Shown: piece by piece, positions 26,995 to 40,961 of the stretch
Layout: every line of letters begins with the position of its first letter
Position numbering within the stretch: position 1 is the stretch's first letter
Origin: Eledone cirrhosa
Taxonomy: Eukaryota
DNA: 64,000 nt
Direction of reading: 5' to 3'
Assembly: GCA_964016885.1 (NCBI GenBank)
Contig: OZ024747.1
Span: 43,834,001-43,898,000 of the forward strand
Made by a program: the position numbers and the translations under genes
The notes under the pieces: generated by a model
Database searches by the model: none
Told to the model about the DNA's origin: nothing
The model's input: the letters and a program-made list of their open reading frames with translations, nothing else

Positions 26995-27238
26995 ATTAAC
27001 ATAGAAGTGTCAGAGCATTCCAGAGACATGCATACTTTTAACATAGTTCTCAGGGAGATTCAGCATGACATATTGTGTGACAAGGCTGGCCTGTTGAATC
27101 ATAGGCACAGCTCAGTTTTGCTAGCTGAGTGAACTGGAACAATGTGAAATAAAGTGTCTTGCTCAAGCACACAATGCACTGCCAGGATTCATATTCCCAA
27201 CTTTACAACCACAAGGCTAAACATTAAGCCTCACACAT
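26995..27238 (-). mobile_element. SINE (family C-like)
   Basis: cttgagcaagacactttatttcacattg motif plus a tail shared with 29800-29970 and 46300-46460. Confidence 0.65.
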
Positions 27239-28075
27239 TCACAATCACTAATGTAAATAATCAAGAAATAGATCAAATCTTATCAACATTTGTTTCCGTC
27301 TTAGTGCCGAGAGTTAATGCATTTCCATATAAAAGTACAAATAGCAAAAGTCAGACTTAATGAGAAATAAAACCCGATAAGAAAAATAATGTAATGATTT
27401 TGGAGGAAATAAAAATCAAATCAAAAATAAAAATAAATAATAAATAGCAAGCAATTAGAAATATACTTATACTTAAAGATATCAGAACACTAAATAGAAA
27501 GTAAATAAAATGTTGAAAGTATCTTGACTTTTGTTGATAGAGTTCTTAATGTTAAATTTTAGTAGAAACAATTTCAAAGATTTAGAGGTATGTCAAAATG
27601 GAATAATAACATTTTGAAATATACTTTGAGTGGGATCTAAGACAAGACAGATACACTATGACATTATTTAACATTACACTTTTACCTCACTAGAAGTCAT
27701 TAGAGATGAAATGATATCTTTATTTTCAACTGTAATTGATTTTTTTTCTTATCCAATACTAATGACTCATCTAATAGCATCATAGACATATATGAAACTA
27801 TTTGAAGAAGTTGTCTCATAAATTAAAGCTACTGGAAGTGCTACCTTTGATCATGACAGAACATTTAGATAAAATAGAGAAAAAAAAATCGTATACTTAA
27901 GCAAACTTTGTTGGTGCTTTTTAAAAAAACTTTAGGTATGAAATACGTAAACATGCATTTTAATATTTTTGCACTAAATTATATTAGCAGAAACATTTTG
28001 TAGAATGAGAAAGTAAAAACATTTAAATATTTATTTATAATTATTCAAAGAAAGCACTAAAACATTGGGATAACT

Positions 28076-28301
28076 TTAACCCTTTAGCATTTACATTTCT
28101 CTATATTTACTATAGTATTTTTGTGGTAAAAGCTTTACCTCACATAATTATCTCACATAGTATTAAATCTATGAAATTTTTATAGTTATTTTGAGAACAA
28201 TACTTTAACATCAGTATGAGCAGCTGGTTACAACAGGTTTGAACAGAAAGTGGTGAGAGAATTCTGGCCGGATACACCCGGTTTAAATGCTAAAGGGTTA
28301 A
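28076..28301. mobile_element. piggyBac-type MITE family A
   Basis: TTAA-ccctttagcattta ... taaatgctaaaggg-TTAA. Confidence 0.88.
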
Positions 28302-28369
28302 ATCATTTGATCTCAAACCACCTGAAACTGCTATTTTCACGGTACAAACTTGGTTGTTTTAAAGTGTTC

Positions 28370-28800
28370 ATCATACTCATCATCTGTATTTTACATGTTT
28401 TCTATGCTGGCATTGGTTGGACAAGTCACATTTTGTGAATAGACAAGACAGATGATCATGTCTTGCTCACATTTTCCATTTTGGCAGGATTCCTACAGAT
28501 GGATGCCCTTCCTAATGCCAACCACTTTACAGCATGTACTAGGTGCATTTTATCATAGCACTAGCATTATTACCACTTCACAAATTATTGAGGCAGAAGC
28601 ACTACCACTTCACAGAGTATACTGGGTACATTTTATCGTGGCACCAGCACTACCGCTTCAGAGTGTACAGGGTTGCATTTTATCATGGCACCAGCACTAC
28701 CGCTTCAGTGTGTACAGGGTTGCATTTTATCATGGCACCAGCACTACCGCTTCAGAGAGAGTACTGGGTGCATTTTATCAGGGTACCAGTACCACAGCTT
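28370..28800 (-). mobile_element. Older SINE A-like copy with ~41-bp tandem units
   Basis: ggatgcccttcctaatgccaaccactttacag followed by repeated gcattttatcatggcaccagcactaccgcttcag. Confidence 0.7.
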
Positions 28801-29699
28801 TACCAGATGTATTAACACCCTTATCTAGAAACTTTCTATCATGATTTTCAGTAATGTTCCAAGCACCAGCTTAATAGTGAGAAAGTTAGTTACCTTACTA
28901 AACCTCTCTAATTTCTTGATTATATCCAAAATGACTTGAAAAATCATAGGTAGTGGATTTCCTTAGAAATGTGTCTAATTAGGAATGTGGTAACAAAAGG
29001 GTTAATTGTAAATTTAAATAAATATCCTTGTAAGAAAAAAAAACATTATAAAACAAAATCAAGATATTAGTTATTAACATTAACATTTCCACAGAATTAA
29101 AAAGAAAAAAAAAATGTATTTATTTACAGCAAAACTTCACAAAAAAAGGAGAAACATTCTTTTTCAAAGAGTGTGTGTGTGTGTGTGTGTGTGAGTGTGT
29201 TTGTGTGTGTTTAAAGACATGTCTACATACATGTTTATAGAAGTTTAGTATAGCCTGAAAGCAAACATTTCTATATGATAGATGAAAATATATTCACAGT
29301 ATTTTTTCCCTCCCTGACTAAGAAACTTTTATATGATATCAGACAAGATAAGGTAGAAAGACAGATTAAATTAGCTGATCACCAATTTAAAATATTGTAG
29401 GTCATATATTATGCACCCTCCTCCCATGTAAATAGCTAAGCTCAAGGTTTGTTCATTTATCATAAGATCTTCAAAGGAATATGAGACTAAAAAAAAAAGA
29501 ATAATAATTGGACATATGCACATTATTATTATTATTATTATTATTATTATAATGTAAACAACATCAACATTTTATATATGCACATATTTTGGCACCTAAC
29601 ATGAATTATAACACTTTACACAGAAATTTTGTAAAATAAATTTATACATACAAAACGCACACACGTATGTACGTACTTATGTGTGTATGTGACTGTGTA

Positions 29700-29975
29700 T
29701 ACGAGTTCCTGGATTCAACCATACTGCGTATCCTCCTGGGCAAGAGTCATTTACCATAGCATTGAGTGAAAATGTGTAGACAGACAGGAACTACTTGTAC
29801 CTTTAACTTAAAGGGCCAGCCATGTAATACACAATGTCATACTGACTCTTCCTGAGAATTATGTTAAAGATACATGTCTGTGAAATGCCCAACCACTTAT
29901 ACACTAATTTAATGAGGAGGCTGTTCTGTTTATTGAAAAACTAGAAAACTCATTAAATCCGAAAGAGGTCCATTT
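29700..29975 (+). mobile_element. SINE family C, decayed
   Basis: Box-B-like ggattcaacc, ctgggcaag, tail shared with 46135-46465. Confidence 0.55.
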
Positions 29976-29989
29976 ATATATATGACTCT

Positions 29990-30555
29990 ACCTGGAGTTA
30001 CTCTTTGATCTCTGAGCTACGCACTCTATCAAGTAACATTACTCGAAAGATCCTTTGGCGGAACCCCCATTTCGGTCACTTGTCTTCACGATTATATTCT
30101 TTTGGTCATTACCCAAACTTCATGACCATAAGCAAGTGTTAGCATGAATACCAAATTAAACAGTGAGTTTGACTTTTACCCCTACCTCTGATTACCAAAT
30201 ACTCCTACAATTATTCCACCTGCCTTCCATCACTCATGAAAATGGCCCCCAAGATACTTGAATTTCACCACCTGCTTCTGTGGAACTCCACTCACATGTA
30301 GAGTGTAATGTGCAGGCTTCCTTGGGAAGACAAGTATCTCAGTCTTTGCAGCTCTGATTTTCATTCCAGCCGTGCAACACTCGGCATCAAACCTATCAAA
30401 TGCAAGTTGGAGATCACTTTCTGACGAGTTAAGTAGTACTATATCATCTATAAATTTTAGCCGACTCATCATACACCTGCCAGTCACAAAACCACTTCCA
30501 GACTGGCTGTGCATGTCAATCCTGGCCATGAAGATTATCTTATGCACCGAGTACT
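29990..30555 (-). mobile_element. Decayed RTE-group LINE RT fragment
   Basis: LKFIDDIVLL (YADD-like), GMKIRAAKTE, FKYLG, and further TLAYGHESL-like remnants. Confidence 0.75.
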
Positions 30556-30570
30556 CATTATATATATATA

Positions 30571-30662
30571 TAAGGGCATCCAACTGTAGAAATCAAGCCA
30601 GAATCAGTTCCCGTCCCACCCTTGCAAGCAGGGAAAAGCGGACATAAAATTATGATGATGAT
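30571..30662 (+). mobile_element. SINE family A 3' fragment
   Basis: aagggcatcc...cccgtcccacccttgcaagcagggaaaagcggac..gatgatg. Confidence 0.85.
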
Positions 30663-31348
30663 ATATACTGAAGAAATCAGTATATAAAAAATATATCAAC
30701 TTGCTGACCCCTCAATGTAAAGGTATTAACATTTCCGAAACAGAGAGAACTCACAAGATATCGTTATTGGTATAACAATTTAGATATCTTGTACAAAAAA
30801 CATATTGAACATATCAGTTAGAACAATGAAATATCACTTTATATTAGCAATATACAGTTCTATACATATAATGTGTGTGTGTGTGTATCACATAGAGGAA
30901 AACAGGATGCATATAAACAAATTTTAATGACTAGATACTGATAACAACAAACTGAACTTCCTTTAACTTATATCTCAAAAATTTTCAAACATATATTCCT
31001 ACATTTCAGAGAGGAAACACACACACACACAGACACACACAAAGTTTTCAAAATGTATGTAGCCAATATGAACACCAGAACTATTTATGAGAATTTCGAA
31101 CACTAATATCATGTCAAGAAGTAAGAAGTAATTTATGAAACAAAATTTATTTTTAGATAATAATTTTATCAGTAGGTAGAAAGCAATTTCTATATATGAA
31201 ATGTGCAAGTTGATAAACAATAAATGTGGTTAGTGTTATCATTCATCTCAATTAGAGGTGAGAGCAAACATAAATTTTGTTACAGTCTCTATCTAATAGT
31301 AGAGAGTATTCAGGAACGAGAGAGAGAGAGAGAATGTATGTATGTATG

Positions 31349-31394
<46 letters not shown>

Positions 31395-33108
31395 TTGGAG
31401 GAATAATAATTCTAATAATTGATGTTTGTTAATGATTGCAATTAGTGAATGAAAATGATCAAAGCTACCCCTCAAATAAGTGAATTAAACAGCAAGCTAG
31501 CAACTCAAAGTAAAAACAAATATCTTTTATTACAAAACTAATAAGGGAAATAAAATGACATTCTTATTGTTTGTTGCAAAAGTGAAAAGGAAAGTAAATG
31601 GCTTGATCATAATTTGATGAGAGAGAATAGCCAAGATTTGTTAGAGACGAGATAGAGATTAAAATAGCTCTGTAGTCTCTCACAAGTTGCAAACAAAAAT
31701 CGATATTGTGGAATTAGTTTCTGCTTGTGCTGCTGCCACAATTCAGTCTAGTTACTATCAATTTCAGTGAATGGAACTGACATGCACTCAAAGACAGTCT
31801 GAGGCTTGTCTGGATTACAATAAAGTCAATATATTGAGAGATACTTTGGTACAGTTGTGGCCAAACAGCAGTGTATGCATGTGTGAATGTGAGAGAGAGA
31901 GAGAGAGAGAAATTTGTTTGGGTTTTAGAGGCTAGCTAAAAAGGATATATATGAATGTTTTATAGGAAAATATCCAAAGAGGTGGGAAACAAATATAAAT
32001 GCAATACAAAAAACATGCTATTTAATAATGCAACCAACTTTAATTGAAATTTAATGAATAGACATTAATTTAACCTGTATTATGTTACAGCCACTGTGGT
32101 GCAGAGTGTAATGATATATTTTCTATTTGAAATTTCAATTAGTATTTCATTAGGATGTGAAAATAAAATTTGTGAGGAAACTGTCTGAATAAATATAAGA
32201 ACTATTTAAATATTCACATTTGATATTATTAACTATGATAATTGAATGTGTTTATGTTATTTATTAATGTGGAACTTGAAAGTTTTTGCAGAAGTAATAA
32301 ATACAAATATTTATATTTATAGAATATTAAACATAATACACTATCAAGAAAATCATGTCTCCATGTTTTAAATGGCTTTATATATTACAAAAGCACTTAT
32401 ATTGGCACATGTTTATTTATAATATAAATGAAAAGATACTGTACTACACTTTTGAAATGTTAGAATTCAAAATGAAATTTGAATGAAGATATTTTTTCTC
32501 ATTTATTGACACATATTAAACCTGAAAAATAATTGTTTAAATATTCTTGTTACCATATTTCTAATGAAAGACACTGCCTATGATATTCAAATAATTTTGA
32601 AAATAATCATGAGTTTTGAAGGGTCTTAATATAATTAAATCTCTTACTATTAAGTTGATGTTTGGCACATAAAGGTTCTTGCTTAAATTATGATGGAAAG
32701 TTTTTAGATTCTAAGTACAACAATTTTAAAATGTGAGAGTTCAACATGAAATTTGAACTAAGATATTCACTCATTTAGTGTCAGATATTAAATCCGAAAA
32801 AAAATATGTTTTAGTTATTTAAAGTTGTTATATTAATTTTAATGGTTAACTAAGATACATTAAAACTGACTCCACCCAAAATAACTATTATGCATCCCAA
32901 TAACTGATTAGTTAGCATTAAGATAGGAGCATAGTCAAACTTATAATAATCACTATACACATATCAGCATGGAGAAATAGCAGTAAAACTACAAAAATAT
33001 CTATTAGAGATAAAGAATATATATTTATTTATATATATAAAAAGGGAAAGAGAGAGAGTGTGTGTGTGTATGTATATATATATATATATTCACAGCTTTT
33101 AGCTGTAC

Positions 33109-33400
33109 TTGGACGCCATGCTTTCTAGCATAGTTACGTCCCTTTACAGTCTGAGTTCAAATCCCGCCGAGGTTAACTTTGCCTTTCATCCTTACGGGGT
33201 CGATAAAATAAAGTACCAGTAATGTACTGGGTGTTTGCTGGCCTTGTGCCTAAAGTAGAAACAATTATTAAAATACAGATAATCCAGCTGAGGTTAACTT
33301 TGTCTCATCCTTAAGGGGTCGATAAAACAAAGCACCAGTAATGCACTGGGGTAATTTGCTGGCCTTGTATCTAAAGTTGAAACAATTATTAAAATACAGA
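33109..33400 (+). mobile_element. SINE family B with tandemly duplicated 3' half
   Basis: gaggttaactttg...aattattaaaatacagat occurs twice. Confidence 0.8.
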
Positions 33401-34591
33401 TGTAGGTAGAGACAACATCTAATGCTTACAACTTTAAAACGTGCTGTGTCATCTTAAAACAACTGTATTGGTTGTAGAGAAATTTAATGAATGGAAATAT
33501 ATTTTCTAAAATAGATATAATTATTTTATTTATTTATTTATTTGAACAGATTATAAAAAAGAAGAGGGTAGGAAGACATTTTTTTTCAAAAAGGAAGGTG
33601 TAAACTCATGGCTAGGCACTACATCTAAGCTGTGTCCCACGGATTTGAACAACTAGTAACAACTGCTCTATCAGCCATTCTACCTCATAGGGGCTCCTTC
33701 CCAAAGTGAGATTCACCTCTCCCAATTTTGCAGAGGATAGCAACAGTCTAGGGACTGAGAAGGCCAGAAGTATCTTCCATTCCTCTGTTACAGGTGGCAG
33801 TGTCTGGATTTACGGCCAATGCAAGATTAAAGTTTGCCCCTCCTTTTTTCTTTCTTCTTGTTTATCTTCTATTCAAATGATTAAAAATTAATTAAAACGT
33901 ATTTATTTATCCTTCAATAATAAAGCAAAAAAAAAAAAAAAAAAAAAATCACAACTTTTCTAATTGATTTTACTCTCTATATATTTCTTTCTATTATGAA
34001 GAGATTAAAGGTAAGTTTTAACTCCAAAGTAATACGAATCTGTAATTGTCAGCACATATCCACTGAGATAATATATATATATAAACACACCAAGCCACAA
34101 TAACCGCACTTAAACACTGCAAGACCAGAAGTTGAACAGTATTTGGTACAACACCCTGTACTTAATGCAAGTTGCTATCAATGTTCTTGGAACCTTCTTC
34201 AGGGTCATTGACAAATCCTTTCCACCCACACACAAATACCACAAACTTTTTAACAGCCATACAGTAAAATTCTCTTTCTCTAGTGCACCCAACCTAGCTG
34301 ACACCATAGCATACACAAATAGGACCAACAGGACCAAGCACCTCAATCAAATAATAATACAACACAAAATAACACCCCCACAAACCAAACATAACACCGA
34401 ACACCAACAAACCAACACCGACCCCGAGACAGACCAGCACCAACAACAATCCACTGACAAGACGATTGATAGATGCAATTGCAAAATATGAGAGGACAGC
34501 CCATAGAGAAACGAGTGCCTCAATAAGAGCATTGTCTACCAGTGTGCTGTCCTGAAAAAAATACACATACATTGTGCCATCTCAAAAACAT

Positions 34592-34811
34592 TTAATCCTT
34601 TAGCATTTACATTACTCTCTATATAGTATTTATTTTCCTGGTAAAGGCTTTACCTCACATAATCATATCACATAATATCAAATCTATGAGATTATTTATT
34701 TTGAGAACAATATCTTAACATCAGTACAAGTGTCCGGTTACAGCCAGTTTATACAGAAAGAAGTGAGAGAATTCTGGCCGGATATGGCCGGTTTAAATGC
34801 TAAAGGGTTAA
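34592..34811. mobile_element. piggyBac-type MITE family A nested in the PLE
   Basis: TTAA on both sides; removing it restores ACA TTT AAG GAG (TFKE). Confidence 0.9.
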
Positions 34812-35902
34812 GGAGCAGTTATACAATCATAGAAGCTCCTTCAACAATAGATCCAAGTGCTCCCACATGACTGGCTGACCTGATGTGGGACCTCAAGGAT
34901 AAAAACGTAAAGTACCAGATTAGGTGGTACATACAGAGATGAGTGGCCTGACACTCAATCACAGAAAGAGCCCCTGCAGTTGTGCCTAACAGAATCAGCA
35001 GGAATCATTAAGTTAAAAACAGCAATTAACTTAAAATTGGAGATAATTGTGAACTGCCACCATACAAAAAAAACAAAAACAACAAAAAACATACACTTAC
35101 TTTACTCCATCATGATATTTCTTCACTTTATTATTTCCTAGCATTTTTTTCTCCCCTAGTATATATATTCTCTCACTTGATACGTTCATAGTGTTATTAC
35201 CTCTATTGTATTACATATAACTATACTCATATCTACCACAATTATCCCTGTATTGCTACATTATATTTTTATATCGCATCTTTATTTCACATTTTACTTT
35301 TCATATCACGTTTTACTTTTTATAACACACTATATATATTATATTTTATATCACACTTTATACATTTCACTTATTCCATGTTATTCCATGCTATACTGTA
35401 ATTCCATTTTATCACTCCTGGAATTTATGTATATACTTATTTATTTATTTGTTTATTTATTTGCCAGCCTCTAACTTATATTATACTTTTTTTTATTGTT
35501 TTTCATCCTCACATATTCTTACTCTTATCTTTATTGTCTGCCACCTCAGTGACACTGAAATACAGGACATTCTTTGTACTACCCATCTGCCCCTTGTCAC
35601 CTTCCCTCTCCCTCTGCTTCTCATAATTCCTTAAATCTTACCCCCACACCATCACATCACTATATATGTGCCAACCTGTCCACTATTACAATGGTCAATG
35701 CCTCACTCGATCCTCTCCTTTAACCACTGGATGAATCCACCATTCTATCATTTTCTCAATCCCTGTTTTCTACATCTTCCCTTCCCCTCTCCACAAATCT
35801 CTTCTACCCCAAACAACCAATCAAAACAAAGAAAAAACTGACCACCACAAATGAATGAGAACAGATATTTTTTAACATTGTACACAAAACATTCAGTCAT
35901 TA

Positions 35903-35999
35903 AGCTGAAGTCTGATGAGCGTTTGATTCCAGACTCTGCCCGATAGATCAATAGAGATCAAACCTTGAGCTGATTAATCACGAAACGTGTGTCACAGCT
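35903..35999 (+). ncRNA. Type I hammerhead ribozyme with canonical core and branched stem II
   Basis: agctgaagt-CTGATGAG...gtttgat..atcaaac..tgattaatca-CGAAAC-gtgt-GTC-acagct. Confidence 0.8.
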
Positions 36000-36043
36000 G
36001 AATAAACTTAATGAAAATTTGGCACCCTCGTCCATACTTACTA

Positions 36044-36090
<47 letters not shown>

Positions 36091-36167
36091 AGTATGTATG
36101 TATACGTACATACATATATGTATACAGACGTACAGTAGCATGTATATATATATATATATATATAGAT

Positions 36168-36705
36168 AGACGGTAGCCACGGAATAGGCAGACCTAGAAA
36201 AACCTGGGACGAGCTGATAAACTCCGACCTCACACACTTACACCTCTCCAAGAGAATGTCACTGGACCGAGACCTTTGGCGGTACTCAGTAATAGAGAAG
36301 ACCCGCCTTACCTAAATACATAGTAAAACCTACTACAGTCAGTAGGCATCTCTAACAAAATACACCCCCGTCCCACCACCCCCACCCCATCCTCACCGCC
36401 CTCTTCTATGTAAAGTTATGTTGGTGCCACACCATCCAGGCCGAAACAAATGAGATCGTGTAGGTGTCACGACAAAAAAACACACAGTCCACGCTGTAAT
36501 GTGGCCGTGTAGGCAACACGGTAAAAACCTCCCAGACCCACACTGTAAATGTGGTTGGTGTTAGGAAGGGCATCCAACTGTAGAAAACCTGCCAGACAGT
36601 CCTATGCGAGCAAGACAATCACTCTTGCCTCAAGTGGGAAAACCCCCGTCCAAACCCATGCAAGCGTGGAACACGGACGTTAAACGTTGATGATGATGAT
36701 GATGA

Positions 36706-36708
<3 letters not shown>
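36168..36708 (+). mobile_element. RTE LINE 3' end continuous with a SINE-A-like 3' region
   Basis: [28 protein letters not shown], homologous to the end of the 11976 ORF, then ttaggaagggcatcc..cccatgcaagcgtgg..(GAT)n. Confidence 0.8.
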
Positions 36709-36746
<38 letters not shown>

Positions 36747-36959
36747 CGTATATATATAAGTAAGTGCTGTACTAAGAGTGAGAAATGAAATTTCGTTTCA
36801 TTCTATTCCATTTATATATATATATATATATACATACATGATAGTTTTTAAAGCCTCTTCCCTGTTAAATAAAATCAATTCATAATTTGTTTTGATCTAA
36901 TCTCTCCCATTTTAATTACCCTTTTTTTTGCATACTGTTAATTATTTTAGTATATGTGT

Positions 36960-37147
36960 TCCACACTGTAAACGTGGTTGATGTTAGGAAGGGCATCCAG
37001 CTGTAAAATACCTGGCCAAATTTACAGACCTCATCGGAGCAAGGTACGGCATGGCCAAATCTGGCCAGACTTGCCTCCCAGCATAGATGACCCATCTAAC
37101 CCATGCAAGCATGGATAAATGAATGCTAAATGGTGATGATGATGATG
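36960..37147 (+). mobile_element. SINE A-like 3' fragment
   Basis: gttaggaagggcatccagctgt..cccatgcaagcatgg..gatgatgat. Confidence 0.75.
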
Positions 37148-38725
37148 TAATCTTTTATTAGCTGAAATAAAGTTGGCAGTTAACTGTACCACTACAAAAT
37201 GCTTTGAAACTAATGTTGTTCAAAGGCACATGGTCTAGTAGTTAGAGCGTTTGACTTACTGTCATAATGTCATGGGTTTGATTCTTAGACACTTTATTTC
37301 ACATTGCTCCAGTCAAACCAGTTGAAAAAGTACCATAAATAGCTGAGGATTAAACACAATGGACTGACATCCTGCCTCATACAGTCAGACACTTAACGCC
37401 AAAGACATTGGAATAAGCTATGGTCTGGTGAGTCTCTGGGCTTGCAACAGACTTTAACCCAGAATTGGACTAGTGTCTTGGCAAAAAAGGAGCCTTATTT
37501 TCTTGGTCACTTAATGTCAATAACACCGAGATAAGCTCCAGTTGAGTATTGTAGGTTTCAATTCTTAACAGCAGGGAGTAACCAGTTCAACATAGAATTG
37601 GGAGTCACAGAGTGAAATATCTAGTTATACTTAGACTTACACACATTAACTATACATTAATGACATATCAGTGTGCAAAATGTTAATCTGAAATATAAAG
37701 TTTGCATGCAGCTCAATAATCTCTAGATTTACTATCAACTTTAGCCATAGCCAACAAGTTTACTCCTAGCACTGACAGAATGACTGCCACCAGAATCACA
37801 AGTTGATAACTATTAGAAGGAAAATCCAGTGTCACTTATTGTAGCATGTGACTTCTCCCACTTTTCTTTTACTCTTATTTCTATAGACATTTTAAATATA
37901 TAAATTGTGTTTATCTGCATACTTTCTATTGAAATAAATCCACGTTTTAAAGAGTTAAAAAAAAGTTGATAGTCAGTGTGATCACTAATTAAAACTAGAA
38001 TAAACATGATAATGGGGGTCGTTCTATATCAGTACTTGACTTACTTGAAATAATAGCCAAATCTCCTTTAAACCACACTCTAGTATCTTAGGAAGCACAC
38101 AGGATATTGTAATCTTGTTATGTTTGAAAAAAAAGTAAGAGTCATCACAGTAGGAAGACCTTTGTTTACAAGGTTTGATCAATGAAGGCTGAACTCCAGC
38201 TAAACAACAACCAAAACAACAGCAGCAACAAGAATGTCAAGACTTAATAATTAGGAATACTAATCAATTCTGAATCTGTAATAACATGAATCTTAAAATT
38301 TACCAAGATTTAAAGATTAAGAAAATTCTGTTCATGCTAATAATGACATTCAGTTAAGATTTCATTAAAAGGCTATAGAAGCAGAGAAGAGATTAACATA
38401 ATTCTAATGACATCCGCTGTATTTAAATTAATTACTGAAGAATTTAGAGAGATTTACTAAAATTATTAATTATTTTTGCAATATATCATAATAAAAGGTT
38501 CTTGTATCAAATTATGTTGGAAGATTTTAATTTGAATAGAAACCTTTTCAAATGGGTGGTTTTATTTCATAGAAACAGGGGCAGTTTGAGTCAGATTTGC
38601 ATCAAAAGGGTTAAGGATATGCAAATGTACAAAAAAAAAAAAAAGAATTGTGTAATGTATTCAACTAAAATAACTAATAAAATGAAAGATTTTCTTAAAT
38701 GGATATCTTTTTAATACTTAATATT

Positions 38726-38928
38726 AATTTCTAATTTAGGCACAAGGTCAGCAAATTTGAGGGAGGGGCAAAGTTGATTAAATCATCACCAGTATTTGAC
38801 TGGTATTTTAATTTATTGACCCAGGAAAGATGACAGGCAAAGTTGACCTCGATGGAATTTGAACTCAGAATGAAAATAAAACAATTAACTGTGATGGCAT
38901 TTTATCTCACGCTCTACCAATCCACCAC
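38726..38928 (-). mobile_element. SINE family B
   Basis: Reverse complement of ctgagttcaaattcc..gtcaactttgcc..gaccttgtgcc. Confidence 0.7.
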
Positions 38929-39319
38929 TTTTTTTTTTATACTTAATATTTAATGACATTTAGGTCTTTAGATTGCCAGTGAATTGTAAGGTGAGACGTT
39001 TCACCCTAGATTTTGCTCAGCCTACTTCCAATGAGTTAAGAATATTATAGCCCTGAGCTAATGCTAAACATCTGTTAAGCTTGATATTACCCTACCCAAA
39101 TATTAAATTCAGCTATGTTTCCTGAAGTTAAGTTGTATCAATGACTATATCTGCATGACTAGCAATACTTTTCACACTGATAACAAGCTGATTATTTTCT
39201 TCGTTTCTTCAGCTGCTTATGTTAATAAACATTTCACACCAAACAAGCACAATTCATTCATAAAAATACACCTTTCAACTATCATACATTGCCATTGCCA
39301 ATTCCTCACCATTACCATC

Positions 39320-39662
39320 TTTTAACATCATCATCACATATCAATTTTGGATGCTTGCATGTGTTAGGCAGGTTGTCATGGTCTGCAGCTAGATCAGTTA
39401 GGTAACCACATCTAACTCCTACATTCCATTTTTGGCATGATTTCTACAGTTGGATGCCCTTCTTAATGTCAACCACTTCACAGTGTATACTGTGTGCATT
39501 TTATTGTGTATCAGTACTACAATCATACAGGGTAAACTGGGTGCTTTTTATCATGATACCAGCACTCCCACTTTACAGTGCGGACTAGGGTATTTTATCA
39601 CGGCACCAGTATAAACACTTTACAGTGTGGCCTGAGTATTTTATCATGGCACCAGCACTACA
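39320..39662 (-). mobile_element. Older SINE A-like copy with tandem units
   Basis: ggatgcccttcttaatgtcaaccact then about four cactttacagtg..ttttatcatggcaccagcac units. Confidence 0.65.
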
Positions 39663-40961
39663 ATATATAAGAAACAGTAACAAGTAATGTTACTTATCTT
39701 TCCGATTTTTCTCACTGACAAACATTTTCTTTAGAAGAGAAAATAACCAATCACGAAACACAATTATAAAAGGTGTTACTGTTCAAGTAAAAACAACAAC
39801 AAAACAAAACAAAAAACAACAAATACAAAAACATTAACAATGGCAAAGCTCCAATATAACTTTAATAATGACAAGTGAAACTCTGAAGAACTAAAAAGCG
39901 ACCATTTCAATTAATGACACCTCATGTTGGTCAATGTGAGTAACTAATTATATAGTTGCCACTTTATATTGTGTATGGCAACAACTGTTATATAACATCT
40001 TCACTTTGTATTATCAGTTTGGGAATTTATTTAAATAACCAATTCATGGTATTTATGTAGTCTCTTCAACAACGGAGGTAACTAATCCTCTTTTACTAAT
40101 TTTATCATAAAATGTAAAAAAAAAAAAAAAAAAAAATCTCTACATTTTCCCCATATGAAATGACTGCAGCTTCAAGTATTCATTGCTAAGAAGCTTCAAA
40201 GTTTTACTCTCTTTTCTATGATTTCTTACTTATCAGGTTAAAAATCAATACACTGGTTTCATTTCACATGGAACTATTCAGCTATTTAGATTTTAATATG
40301 TGACCAAATAAGAAAATGAATAACTGAAACATTCTCTCAAGGTGTACATAAATATGATTATATCCATTTCTTAAATAGGACTGAATAGAACTGGGAGGTG
40401 AAGTGAGTGGTTAATGTGCTGGATTTCTTTCTGATGACTAATGCATTGTGTTGTACTAGAAGCAAAGAAAATGAACAACAACATTACCTATCTTAAATGA
40501 GTTCAAGTGAGTACCTACTGTACATTTGAATGAAACATTTACATGATTTTTATACAGTAGCGGATGGTGGTAAAATAAAAAAATTAAATAAATACTGTCC
40601 ATAACTGTTTCACATTAACTATACCACTATAATGGTTTACTAGAGAGAGATGGAATACTTGAGGTGAATTAAATGGTCTTACATTGAAGGAAAGTAATGA
40701 AACTACTAGAGAAGGACAATAAAAATAGACTTCAATATCCAATGGTAAAATCGTTTTGCAACAACAACAATGATGATATTTTTTTTACACAAGTAGTATT
40801 CTTTAGATTTTTAAAGTGAATGGTATCTATATAACTGTAACACCGATTGACCTAACAGGAATGATTCTAAGAAATATTTGAGAATGTATTGTACTAAGTT
40901 ATGCCTGTCATTGACTAGAGTGGCTAGTTTCTAATCCAACCTTCTTTAGTAGTTAGTAATT

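Larger units (their letters stand above)
34082..36048 (+). mobile_element. Decayed Penelope-like element (post-RT linker, GIY-YIG remnant, long 3' UTR/pLTR)
   Basis: IWYN..FFRVIDKSFPPTHKYHKLFNSHTVKFSFS..PN, CNCK..C..SIVYQ, TFKEQLYNHRSSF; HHR near the 3' end; ends in a TA array. Confidence 0.8.

Noticed and set aside
27686-27729. 44-nt minus-strand exon candidate (ENKDIISSLMTSSE, gtaaag donor)
   Set aside because: The acceptor lacks a pyrimidine tract
31300-31950. Possible promoter or enhancer (GA repeats, TCAGT Inr-like motifs, unique sequence)
   Set aside because: Motifs are too short and common to support a call without expression data
33590-33830. GC-richer block, possibly a retroelement 5' UTR
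   Set aside because: No motif, ORF or second copy in the window to identify it
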